In this document: piece by piece, positions 41,981-52,466 of the stretch
Position numbering within the stretch: the stretch's first letter is position 1
Layout: every line of letters begins with the position of its first letter
Origin: Epithemia pelagica
Taxonomy: Eukaryota > Protista > Bacillariophyta
Assembly: GCA_946965045.2 (NCBI GenBank)
Contig: OX337237.1
Span: forward strand, 62,001-126,000
Direction of reading: 5' to 3'
DNA: 64,000 nucleotides
Notes under the pieces: generated by a model
Told to the model about the DNA's origin: nothing
The model's input: the letters and a program-made list of their open reading frames with translations, nothing else
The model's database searches: none
Translations under genes and position numbers: made by a program

Positions 41981-42694
41981 ATGTGTAGTGAGGTTGAAAT
42001 TGTGGACGATACAGTGATTCGAGAAGAAAAAAGGTTGGAGAATACGCTTCAGAGGCGCCTAGATCAATCTTATCAAGCTAGTAAAATGCTACGTATGAAT
42101 CGAAGGTCAGGCTTCTCTGTTTCATTGGGTGAATCGGTGGCATTATTCCCAGATAAAAGAGATCGTGCCACTCAATCAAGATTAGGCATTCACTGTTTAG
42201 TCATTGGTGTCTCAAATGGAAGCTATCCCGCTGTGAGAGTAATGATCCCGGAAGGCATCATTGGCGATAAACGAAGCAAAACTTCTACGTGGTTCTCCCA
42301 TGACAAATATAATGTCATGCACTCATCATCACCTTTAGGCCCTGAACGACGACAACTACGAAATGCCATTTTAAACAATACTCTGGTCTATACAGACTAT
42401 CCCATAATCTCGGTACGTGATGCACATCGGGTAACATACAGCAGTCACAGAACTGTGAAGAAAAAACAACCTCCATGGAATAAACGAAAATTTAAATGTA
42501 ACTGCAGACGACTTGGAATTCAATGTTCGACAGATAATTGTGGATGTCGAAAAGCAGGATTGTGCTGTTCAAATCAGTGCCTGTGTAACGAGCAGAGGTG
42601 CATGAATAGAAAAATTCACGGTGTCAGTTTGGCAGGCAATCCACCAGAGACTAAGGCAGGCAGTGATGTGCCGAAAAACCACCCAACAGTGTGA
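41981..42694 (+). CDS. Integrase C-terminal-like (SH3/GPY-F-like) segment plus CXC cysteine cluster; probably exon 2 of the transposase
   Basis: QASKM...LGESVALFPDKRDR... followed by KCNCRRLGIQCSTDNCGCRKAGLCCSNQCLC. Same frame as the upstream ORF; a GT-AG intron at 41923-41988 (66 bp) would join them. Confidence 0.7.
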   Translation: MCSEVEIVDDTVIREEKRLENTLQRRLDQSYQASKMLRMNRRSGFSVSLGESVALFPDKRDRATQSRLGIHCLVIGVSNGSYPAVRVMIPEGIIGDKRSKTSTWFSHDKYNVMHSSSPLGPERRQLRNAILNNTLVYTDYPIISVRDAHRVTYSSHRTVKKKQPPWNKRKFKCNCRRLGIQCSTDNCGCRKAGLCCSNQCLCNEQRCMNRKIHGVSLAGNPPETKAGSDVPKNHPTV

Positions 42695-44418
42695 CCCTCT
42701 TCTCCCTTGGTGGATTTAGAACGATTGTGTCTTGAAGTACAATGCCGTATGACTCTGCCGTCAAATAATATTGTAACTCCGTGTGTCAGTTTGACCACAA
42801 GACCATTGTAGGAGCGACCATCAACTCTGAAAAGAATGTCGGGAAAAACAAAGAACCAGTCACTCGTAGAATGAGGTAAGGTCTCAGCAAAAGCAACCAG
42901 ACAGACGCTGGCATCATTGATGTCAACATGAGCAGCGTTCTCCAAGTCCACACTGATGGCAATATTTGATGAAAAACCATTGTTGCCACCCAATTCGTCA
43001 GGAATCTCAATGCTTGCTTGGTTGCTCAAACTCCGAAATAATGGACGAACACCGGGATATTGAATGTCAGCCAAATCAGCAATTCCCATACAAACCGTCT
43101 TTACACTTGATTTCAAATCCATGTTAGAGTCAGAAACAGGAATGCACGTAATCTTCTGTTGATAGCGATTAAACATAACCCCAAATCCACACATTTGTCC
43201 GTTGTCTCCTGCTTTCCGTCGAGCATTACCACCGGACGCAAATGTTTTATCAGCAACAACATCAAGTGAAGCATGGACTAAATCCTGGTACAACTTATTC
43301 GATGATGGTATGTACGATACAACAATATTTGATTGACCACATGGCCTCTTGTCAGGATCCAATGTAGTTGTTTGGAACACGTAGCAGTTTCTCTCGTGTG
43401 CTCTAGGATCATGGACATAAGCAGTTGAGTCTTGAAGGTTTTGATATAAAGCTTGCGTGACATACCGGCGACAGCCATGTCTATTTGATGCAGATTGAGC
43501 AAACAAAGCACGGTAGAATAGTCTTCGATCTTGCACATCTTGGATCACGTTTTTGCCAAAACAATCAGGTGGAAGCAGTGGAGTGTCCGGATCAGCATCA
43601 TGAAATTGTATGCTGTGAACAGTCTTCGGGATTTCCGAAGATGTGGTATAGTTGACAGTCCAGACATGGTTGATGGTTTTGATGAAACTGCCTTTAGCTG
43701 GAAGGCCAGTCTTGTATACCAAGCGCAACCACGAAAGGGGTAGTGGTACAAGAGGTGATGTCGTAATTGAACACCCAATCCCACTCTCTACTTCGCTGAA
43801 AAGTTTCGTTGGATCCGATATGAAGGCAGACGTCCAGAACACAGAAGAATAAGGAAAAATAATAATGGTGGTGCGGAATATGTCATCGTGTTGGTCAGAA
43901 CACAATTCTTTGGAGGTACGAATTCTGTGGACGACTTCGTAGTATGGGGTCTGTTCTGGAATACGTGGTTTCTGGTGTGAACGTGACAGAACACAATCCA
44001 CTAAAAAGGCCCCATGCAACTCATGGGTCATCTGCAGAGGTACAGCATCTTGGATGACCCATTTATGACTTGAAGGAATAGAAAGAGACGTTTGCAAACT
44101 TGAGAAACCACGCATGAGAATATGACGAATTAGACTTGGAATATCTGGCACAGACATTCTGCTCTTGGTGAAAGGGAGACCGTCTGTAAAATGTAGCTTG
44201 CACTGGCGAATGAAGATGGCTTGGAAGGAGGAGGGGAGAGACAGAGAGAGCATTTCGGTCAGAAATAGCTTGAAGTCATCTGTGTCAAAGCAGAAACGTT
44301 CGTGCTTCACAGGATTGCGAACAGACTGATAGACGTGGATGATTCCTGGAGGACGGTGGCATTTAGACTTGCTCTTCTGTTTGGCTAATGGGCGGTTCTT
44401 TTTCTTACGGGGAGACAT
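42616..44418 (-). CDS. 600-aa protein with a C-terminal TET/JBP-like 2OG-Fe(II) dioxygenase domain
   Basis: GQMCGFG...GFSSNIAISVDLENAAHVDIND...FFVFPD...LFDGRVIRHCTS, with HxD at 42922-42930 and distal His at 42742-42744. Basic NLS-like N-terminus PRKKKNR. Confidence 0.65.
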   Translation of the reverse strand: MSPRKKKNRPLAKQKSKSKCHRPPGIIHVYQSVRNPVKHERFCFDTDDFKLFLTEMLSLSLPSSFQAIFIRQCKLHFTDGLPFTKSRMSVPDIPSLIRHILMRGFSSLQTSLSIPSSHKWVIQDAVPLQMTHELHGAFLVDCVLSRSHQKPRIPEQTPYYEVVHRIRTSKELCSDQHDDIFRTTIIIFPYSSVFWTSAFISDPTKLFSEVESGIGCSITTSPLVPLPLSWLRLVYKTGLPAKGSFIKTINHVWTVNYTTSSEIPKTVHSIQFHDADPDTPLLPPDCFGKNVIQDVQDRRLFYRALFAQSASNRHGCRRYVTQALYQNLQDSTAYVHDPRAHERNCYVFQTTTLDPDKRPCGQSNIVVSYIPSSNKLYQDLVHASLDVVADKTFASGGNARRKAGDNGQMCGFGVMFNRYQQKITCIPVSDSNMDLKSSVKTVCMGIADLADIQYPGVRPLFRSLSNQASIEIPDELGGNNGFSSNIAISVDLENAAHVDINDASVCLVAFAETLPHSTSDWFFVFPDILFRVDGRSYNGLVVKLTHGVTILFDGRVIRHCTSRHNRSKSTKGEEGHTVGWFFGTSLPALVSGGLPAKLTP

Positions 44419-44616
44419 GGTGGATGGTATGTGTCGAAAAGGAAAGTGAGGTGGTACGAAGCAACAGAAATTAATGGTGGAGGAACGATGAGGAAGCTAC
44501 GCTAAGATATGAGGAGTTTATCAATCCGTGACTGACTTCGACAAATCACGTAGGTGCAAACTGTGCACTCATTTGTTCGGACAAATGACCGCAATGCAAC
44601 CATTTGTCGTTTGCAC

Positions 44617-44791
44617 TCAAATGTTGTGTAACAGATGCACTGTTTCGCCGCGAGTTTCGCGAGGGATATTTCAATCGCGCAATAAACGAAAAGGTGTGCG
44701 ACAATCGAGCACAGAGAAGAGGCTAAAAGTTGCGCGACGATCCACCATGTCGCCGCAAGTTTCGCGAGTGAATTTCACTCGCGCAATAAAC
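44617..44791. repeat. Diverged tandem repeat of ~105-bp period overlapping the putative element end
   Basis: tcgccgc(g/a)agtttcgcgag...tttca(a/c)tcgcgcaataaac occurs twice, and each copy is preceded by a TIR-like aaa.gttg.g..ac segment. Confidence 0.75.
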
Positions 44792-45311
44792 TAACAGCAG
44801 GTTGACAAACAAGCCATAAAAAAAGAGGACGAGGCAGTGACAGTTCAAGAACAACAACGCCAAGATGGAGGCAGGCAACTTATCCCCATTCATACACACC
44901 GAGCTTGTCGAAGACTGTGTTCAAATGTCACAGGCAGCCTATAAGGATACAGCCTCGGAAGCTCGATCCTTCATCACTGCAAACACGTCCCGTCTCAAAA
45001 ATATCACGAGACATGCAAAGCCAGGTTGTGGATGGAGCAGAAGGCTGTCCCAACACTATACTTCCGTGGGTTTGGCCGACGTCAACGGGGGAGATGCATC
45101 GGCGACTGGCCATTGCTGGTGGTGAATGGGGAAATACGACGAATACAGTTTCGTATTCGTATTGTGCGGAATCCATCGTTCCTGTCGCTGCTGGAGGAAA
45201 AGACGCATCCATTGCTCTGTTCCATGATCCGCGGACAAAACGGAAAGAGTGCTTTTCTCTCACGTGGCTCTACTCTACACCTGCTTCTATTTCGTTTGTG
45301 TTTTTTTAGAA

Positions 45312-46258
45312 ATGCCATCGTTCCAAACAGACTCTGCTGCTACTCCGTCGGGTACAAAGAGTACCGGCAAGCGCGGTTGTTGTGCTCGGCGGGAGGATTC
45401 TGCGGAACCTCCCTGCAGCAGGCCCACCAAACGGTTCAAACCAGAAAAAGACGAACCGCAAACGTCCGCTCCCCACAATCCAACCAACAACAACAAGAAG
45501 AACGGTGTATCCAGCAATCTCCTGGAGCGGCGGTTGAAACCATTGGAACCAACCCATGCCATACAAACTCCCTCTAAGCCCCCGAGCAAAAGCCTCCAAC
45601 AAGAAGAAGAAGAAATTATTCAATCAAGCACATCCTCACCAGTAGCACTCGTCACGATTGCACCCGAAACAAACAAGACGGACGTGTCCCTCCAGGACGA
45701 ACGTTTGCAAGATCTCGAAACCATGGTCGAATACCTGGTCCCGTGTCGAGAACCGTCATTGGGGAGTTTGCCAAACCAACCCCAACAACAACAACAACTC
45801 GAGCGTCTCCAAGACGCGGTACAATGGCAGGACCATCAAGTGTCGGGGTGGCTGGATCAATTAGAGGTGGTGTTGGAACGCAAAGACCAACAGTATGCCG
45901 CTCTCGTCCATCGAATGGACGCCCTCGAGCAAAGAGTATGTTGTTGTGGTTCCAACAACAACGACAACAACAAGACCCAATGGTGGAACCAACGACGAGC
46001 AATGCCTGTGAAACGAATCATAATTTGAACAATAATACTCGAGACGAACGGCCCGTGCTGGCCAATTCGGAACAGGCGCAAGATGATTCTTGGGAAACGG
46101 TGCATGTGAGAACAGCCGCTACTGGCCAATGTGCGCAGATCGACCAGTCCTTGCCGGATCGAGTGAATCGTCTCGAATGGACAGTGATTGCCAGTGCGAT
46201 CCTGTATAGTGCCTGGATTCTTCTTTGGAAAAATCATTCTTCTTGGACAGTTTCGTGA
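45312..46258 (+). CDS. Probable tail-anchored coiled-coil protein (possible intron 45936-46075; 268 aa)
   Basis: Coiled coil LERLQDAVQW...MDALEQR. Donor AGA|gtatgt and acceptor aacag|GCG join it in frame to DRVNRLEWTVIASAILYSAWILLW. The intron is inferred. Confidence 0.5.
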
Positions 46259-47398
46259 CACTGAGATTTCTCTTGGAAACATTTCTTGTTCCAGAAGTGT
46301 CGGTTGCGAGAGGTTTCCTCAGCTCAGGAATGCAAGGCCCATGCGTTCGTTTCGGATACGATTAGATGTGTTACCAGTGTTTTCGAGAGTCAAACGACGA
46401 GCGCAAGACACCACACAAGGCTGATGCCTCTCCTCCGAATCTCTAGCTTTGGGAGAAAGTCCCATTGGCACATGGCATTCCTGCTCGTCGACAGAGAATT
46501 CCACGAGGGCAGCAACAGGAAGAGTCCGGGACGCCTGGAACAGTGCCTCGTACGCAAAGCGTTCGACCATTTGACCCATATGCCATAATGCTATGGTTGC
46601 CATAGCCATTAGCAATAGGAGTAGCTCATGAACCCGAACGGATGATATTCAACGAATGATGATAATGATGACGGGGCACATCGAACGAGCCTAGCGAGTC
46701 CACCAACAGCAACACCAAGCTTCTAACAAGGACGGATTTAAAGAACGGATGGATGCCAAGGACACTAGACATACTACCACCGACACCATCCAGTCCATGC
46801 GTCCATTGCACACAACAGGGGTTGGTTGGTAGCGTCCAACGTACGTGGTGAGGATACAGAAACTATCCAGGCTGTCCCTCGGACGACGACAACGACGACA
46901 CAAGACATTCGTTTTATGTGGCTATACAGAAACTGTGTCGAAACTATAAAGTGTGTTTGTTGGGCAAGCGTTTACACCACCAACAACAAGGTGCATGGTG
47001 TCATTTTCATTGATTTCCAAAGCCATAATCCTGTTGTGTCACAAGCTCCTAACAGTAAGCGATTTGGAATGTACTCAGTCATCCTTTACCGCGTCGGCGG
47101 TTCTGTTTCGTGGTCTTTCCAACAACACAAAGAAGACCAACAACTCGTTTAATCGAAAACACTGCATGTAGCTAGCGACTGGAAAATGTGGTGCTCCTTC
47201 AATACTCCCGTCAATCGTTTCGTCTCACTTGATTTTGTGACAATGACAGCTCGAAGAGTTGTGAGAACAGCAGCTACTGGCCAACGTGCGCGGATCGACC
47301 TGTCCTTGCAGGATCGAGTGAATCGTCTTGAATGGACAGTGATTGCAAGTGCGATCCTGTATAGTGCCTGGATTCTCCTTTGGAGAAATCATTCTTCT
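46106..47398 (+). repeat. 138-bp dispersed duplication (46106-46243 and 47261-47398) encoding a C-terminal TM segment
   Basis: VRTAATGQ...DRVNRLEWTVIASAILYSAWILLW.NHSS in both copies, with several synonymous differences. Confidence 0.9.
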
Positions 47399-48734
47399 GG
47401 GACAGCGTTGTGAGAACAAGAGGCACTCGTCGAAGATTGGCCTTAACGCGAGAAATGGTGGACGTTGGCAAATCCACACTTGTTGTTACTGGAATCCTCC
47501 CAGACAAGAGTAGCAACAGCCACAAGAGCCTCCGCCGTCGTCGTGTTGTCAAAAGATTGCGCGAGACGAGAGTCACACACCTCTAGCTAACGCCTTGTCG
47601 GACGATGATTCGGAACGAATCACTCCTACGATTCCTTTGCTTCGGAAACAGAAACGCCATTGTATTGGATAGTCCTAGAAGTACTCCTAGGAGTTTGAGG
47701 GAACAAACTAGGGCTAGCTTTAGCTCTAGAGGTAGCTACTAGGTATATCTGGAAATCGTGCCAAGAGTTCCAACACGTGCACGTTTGGCGGAGTACAAAA
47801 ATGGGGCCGACTCCCCCACGCGCCATCGCCCGGCGCGACCGACACCGACGGCAACTGCGACAACCATCTGGTCTTCGTTGTATTCCGCGAACAAGAAGGC
47901 CTGCGAAGTCTGTGACGAGCTGCTTCGGATTGTCAAAGACATGCAGGTGGACATGTCTCTGAGACATTTTTGTTGCTTGAAAAGTCGAAGAATACCTGTC
48001 TCAGATATGTCCTATCGGTTCTCATTGACACGTGTCATAGGACAGGAGGTTGAAGCGTGTGTTCGCATCAATCATCACTCGTTTCGAAAGAACAAAGCAG
48101 CGGCCTTCCCACTTCTGCTCTTTTCTCCCCCAAAGCACGCAAACAAACAAACCACTGCCAAACAACCACCGACCGACCGAAGCACAAAGCCTATCATTAT
48201 TCTGATCGCTCTATCCCCTTCTTGTTGCTTGTCTCTCTCATTGTTTCTCAGCCAGAGGCAGGCAGACCGTGATACCACCTGTTCGGTTCGCGATCGCAAG
48301 AATACGAACCACACATTCCAAGAATCTCATTGATCGCCATCACCAATCACCATCCAGCAACAACAAACCAACAACCACAAGGCGCATAAAAAAGATTGCA
48401 CCATTCGTATTTGGGTTGACACCTGACCTTCATTGACACCACTTCTCTCTGCTGTTGCATGGATTGATTCGGACAAAAGCCGTTCCCATTCTCAGTATTG
48501 ATTGTTGACACCCAAACAAGTCTCAATTCCTATTGATTGATTGATTGATTCATTCATTCATTCATTGATACACTCTCCTCTTCATTCCTCATCGGTCACT
48601 TGTTTTCGCCAAACGTACGTACCAATTGATCCAAAACAAGCCGCCAACAAGTACGTACCCCTCCTTTCAAGTCCTCGACGACGACAACGACAAGTCCCAC
48701 TACCAGAATCACAATATTACATAAAAGAATCATC

Positions 48735-49415
48735 ATGATACGAGCTCGACCCACCACGGTTCGGAATTGGTTCGCGCCCCAACAATTCTCACGAGCCTTG
48801 TCGTCCACAGGGTGGTTGAAACCACCATTAGTGGCGGTACCACAACGACAATCGCTTCTTGTCCAACGACAACTTCGTTCCTTCTTCTTTCGACCCAAAC
48901 AACAACAACCGTCGTCGCCGTCCCGATTTCATGCCTGGATGCAACCATCGTCGTCCTCGTCCAACTTTATGGGGAGTGGTCCCACTTCCTTGTTTGCTCG
49001 TGGTGCGGCCATTACCTTGGGATCCACCCTCTTGTCATGCCTCCTAGCATTGCAAGTGGAAGCCACGGCGCATCGATTCCTCTTTTGGCTCCGTCCCCAA
49101 CTCTATTCCAATGTCGATCAAGCCTATGGATTGACCGAACAACAATTGTATTCCGTCAAACAACAACAACGACAACAACAAGCAGAAGAACAAGAACAAC
49201 AAGAGCACGAATTGCTGCAACCTCCACAACCACAACGACTGGCACCGACTCCTTCTCCCAGCAATTTTACCACGGAAACCTTGTGGACCGCCTTTCCGGC
49301 CTCAAGCAATCATGCCGTAGCGGCAACCACCACCACGACCACCAATCCCCTTTGGACGTCTGTGTGGAAACGTGGTGGTGACGATGAAGTGGTGGCCTGT
49401 TTCCTCACAGCCTAA
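48735..49415 (+). CDS. Hypothetical protein (226 aa) with a transit-peptide-like N-terminus and one hydrophobic segment
   Basis: ATG-started ORF with an Arg/Ser-rich start and GAAITLGSTLLSCLLAL. No family recognised. Confidence 0.45.
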   Translation: MIRARPTTVRNWFAPQQFSRALSSTGWLKPPLVAVPQRQSLLVQRQLRSFFFRPKQQQPSSPSRFHAWMQPSSSSSNFMGSGPTSLFARGAAITLGSTLLSCLLALQVEATAHRFLFWLRPQLYSNVDQAYGLTEQQLYSVKQQQRQQQAEEQEQQEHELLQPPQPQRLAPTPSPSNFTTETLWTAFPASSNHAVAATTTTTTNPLWTSVWKRGGDDEVVACFLTA

Positions 49416-51074
49416 GTACAACAACAAAAAGAAAAGAGAAAGGCAGAGGACCACCCGATTGGAATTGGACGTATCGATCGAGTGTTTCTAACCAATCCCC
49501 TATAGTTTTCCCTATCAACAAACAACATTTGAACCCCTACAATAGCGTTCCCCCGTTTCCAACCAATCCCCTATAGGTTTCTCTATGAAATACACACATG
49601 AACCATACCATACCGTTTTCCCGTCTTGTTGTTCTTGTTCTGGCGTACAATCCTGTTGTTTCCCCCCGTTTCCACAACAAGAGGGAGTCCTTGTGTTGTT
49701 TCTCGAGACTCGAGTATATAGAGGTTCACAGTCTCGCCATTGTTTGGTCCGGCGGGTACACAAATTGGCACAACAAGGGAGCCGCCGGTTCCTTTGACGA
49801 ACAAGTGTGTGTGTGTGTGTGTGTGAGAGAGAGTGAGAGAGAGCGGACGGTTCGTACCGTAGAGTACGCACACCAATTCTTGTTCCAAACGTCGGCATGT
49901 CCTATGGACGAGTCATTTCTTTGCTGTGTGCACCGCCAGAGAACAGGAATGGTGTTTCTTGGCTGTAGGATTCTCGCCACACACACACACACAAGGACAC
50001 ACACACACACATGACTCCAAAGGAGGCGGTCCAACCGACCTCTCGATTGGATCTATACCAGCAAGACATGAGGAGATATATGTACGCATACAACCTACTA
50101 CTAGTAGTTTATTCGAATGACGAAGAATCCAGCACGTAGTGTATACTGGATGCTTCACGACCGGCTTCCCGCAGTCTCCACGTTTGGTGCACTAGCAGAC
50201 ACCCAACAACGCCGCACTCTCACTACGCCCTCTTTCCTGACAAGGACCATACAGGATTCGACAACCCTGCCTGGCTCTAGGAAGAGGAGGAGAAAGTGTC
50301 ATGTTTGTTCTGGTTCTTCTTCTTTTCGGGACCCGCATCTCCAGGTGGGGCCGGGGCCGCCTTGGTATCCCATTCGCCATTGACGATAAAATTCCGCACT
50401 CGATTCGATTTGGCCGCTTCTTTGCGACGACTCAACCATCGAAAATCAATCACTTCGAAAAAGGCATTGGAAATCCAAGCTCCCCAGCCGCCTTCTTTTG
50501 GGTGTTTGTGGGTCGTGTTGTCGTCGTCGTTGGAAACAGGAGCAGCCGTCGCAGTGCTCGTCGTCGTCGTTGGTTCGGAAATGGACTGGTTCTTCTTGGA
50601 GTCGTCCACAACAACAATTGGAATTCCCGACATGATGATGATGATGATGATACTGATAATGAGACAGCGGCAGTGAGAGACTCTCTCGTTCTTCCAGAAT
50701 TGGTTCGTTGTTCTTGCTTTGTTCTTGTTGTTGTTGTTGTTGTTGTTGTTTGTTGTCTCTGATTTTTTTGGGTTCGCTCCATGTCCATGTTCTTCCAACT
50801 TCCAACGCGAGTTGGGCGCGCGCTGTCGGTGAGTCTGTCCGTGTGTCTCCTCGGTCGGTGATCAAGTCGCGCATTCGTCGGACCGTCTGTCCTGCACGAG
50901 TCGCGGAATCTCTACTCCCCGTGAAACCACCAGAGATTCGTATCCCATTCCCAATGATGAACGTTGCCACAAACGCTCAGGCGTGTATAAATTCAAACAC
51001 GTGCGTGACCGTTCTCCCATGGCCCGGCGCCCGCATATTTCGGTTGGTGGCAAGTTGCGCAAGTCTGTACCACC

Positions 51075-52466
51075 ATGTTGTCCTCTGTTTCATCCTTGCA
51101 TGGTGGTCCTACGGCTGCAACCAGCACCATGACGAGACGAAGTACCAGTACCACCACCCGTTCGAATCCACAGGCCCTGGCCAACAATGATCGAGAAGAA
51201 CGATTGTGGTCTCGTCGTCGTCAAAGTCACCGGCGTCGTGCGTCTTCCAATGGTGATCGTCGTTCGTCTTTTTCCAGCCAGAACCAACCAGGTGCTAGTA
51301 CCAATCCATCAACGCTGGAAGCGGCCGAGTCCTCGCAACGGCAACGTCGTCGTTCCACCCGTACAACGACAATGACGAATGCAGGGCAACCAAGCCGTCG
51401 TACCCGTCAATCTTCTTCTTCTTCTCCGAGGGCCACGCGCCGCACACCACGACCACGAGAAATTCCTTCCAACGAACCGCAAGACCCAGCTCCACCACCG
51501 ACCACCATCACTACTACTGCTTCCTCGGTTGCTGCACCGACGGGTCGTCGGTTGCGATCTGGATTCGTTCCATCTACCAACAACTCAGGAACAACCACAG
51601 CCGCCTCTCTTAGACCCTTGTCTTCCATATCGGTGACGCCCAGCACTGCGGCGGCAGCGGCCGTCCCTTCTTCCACGCAATCGTCGTCCTCCTCCTCTCC
51701 CAGGCGTTCGCGTCGATCCAAACGCAACCGATCCTCCACCGATTCCACCAATACGGCCAACCAACCGTCCAAACCAACCAAACGGACCAAACCGACAGCC
51801 AAACAACACGACCAGGACGATGACGACGACGACACGGAACAACCATTGGCCTGTCCCATTTGCATGACGGTCCCAACGCGTCGTCAAGCGGCGACCGTCG
51901 ATGGATGTTCCCATTCCTTTTGTTTTGATTGCATCAATACCTGGGCGGACCGGGAAAATTCCTGTCCCCTGTGCAAACGGCGCTTTGTCACCATTTCCCG
52001 CGTTCATGCGTATCGGCGTTGTTGTACTAATACAACTGCGTCGACAACGACGACCACACAACCCTCCCGTCGTACGACGGCGCCTCGTGCGGCCGCTGTG
52101 GCGGCTCGAACAACCCTGGCGCAGCCGGTCAATACACGGCATGTGACCCCCCGCAATCAAGCGGCCCCCTCGGAACCCCAACGACCCCGTCTCGTGTTTC
52201 TCAATGAGGATGGCGAAGAAGAAGAATACAGTGAGGTGGAACATGTGCAATTCCCAGACTATGAAGACGACGACGAAGAAGACGATTGGAGTGAAACGGA
52301 TTGGATTCATCCCGACGATTATTACGACGATGCGGATAGTGGCATTTATCAGTACGTTCATACGCGTCACCACGACAGTGACGACGATGAGGACGATGAC
52401 GACGATGCCCGGAGAATGCCCCTCTGGAATGCCATTCTCATGCACATGGTCATGGGACGCATGTAA
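51075..52466 (+). CDS. C3HC4 RING-finger protein (probable E3 ligase)
   Basis: CPIC...CSHSFCFDC...CPLC, with a disordered Arg/Ser/Thr-rich N-terminus and an acidic C-terminus. Confidence 0.85.
   Translation: MLSSVSSLHGGPTAATSTMTRRSTSTTTRSNPQALANNDREERLWSRRRQSHRRRASSNGDRRSSFSSQNQPGASTNPSTLEAAESSQRQRRRSTRTTTMTNAGQPSRRTRQSSSSSPRATRRTPRPREIPSNEPQDPAPPPTTITTTASSVAAPTGRRLRSGFVPSTNNSGTTTAASLRPLSSISVTPSTAAAAAVPSSTQSSSSSSPRRSRRSKRNRSSTDSTNTANQPSKPTKRTKPTAKQHDQDDDDDDTEQPLACPICMTVPTRRQAATVDGCSHSFCFDCINTWADRENSCPLCKRRFVTISRVHAYRRCCTNTTASTTTTTQPSRRTTAPRAAAVAARTTLAQPVNTRHVTPRNQAAPSEPQRPRLVFLNEDGEEEEYSEVEHVQFPDYEDDDEEDDWSETDWIHPDDYYDDADSGIYQYVHTRHHDSDDDEDDDDDARRMPLWNAILMHMVMGRM

Larger units (their letters stand above)
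36983..44633. mobile_element. Ginger-like (Gypsy-integrase) DNA transposon with cargo gene; boundaries tentative (alternative right end 44738)
   Basis: Ends TGTTACCCAACTTTT and reverse-complement TGTTACACAACATTT match at 13/15. Flanks are GATC and GATG (GATC at the alternative end). ACAAAT inverted pairs occur near both ends. No LTR or RT seen. Confidence 0.65.

Noticed and set aside
50277-50798. 173-aa minus-strand ORF and the many overlapping short ORFs across the window
   Set aside because: Mostly generated by triplet-repeat, stop-poor DNA or antisense to real genes. No motif support, although a small gene from ATG 50633 cannot be excluded.
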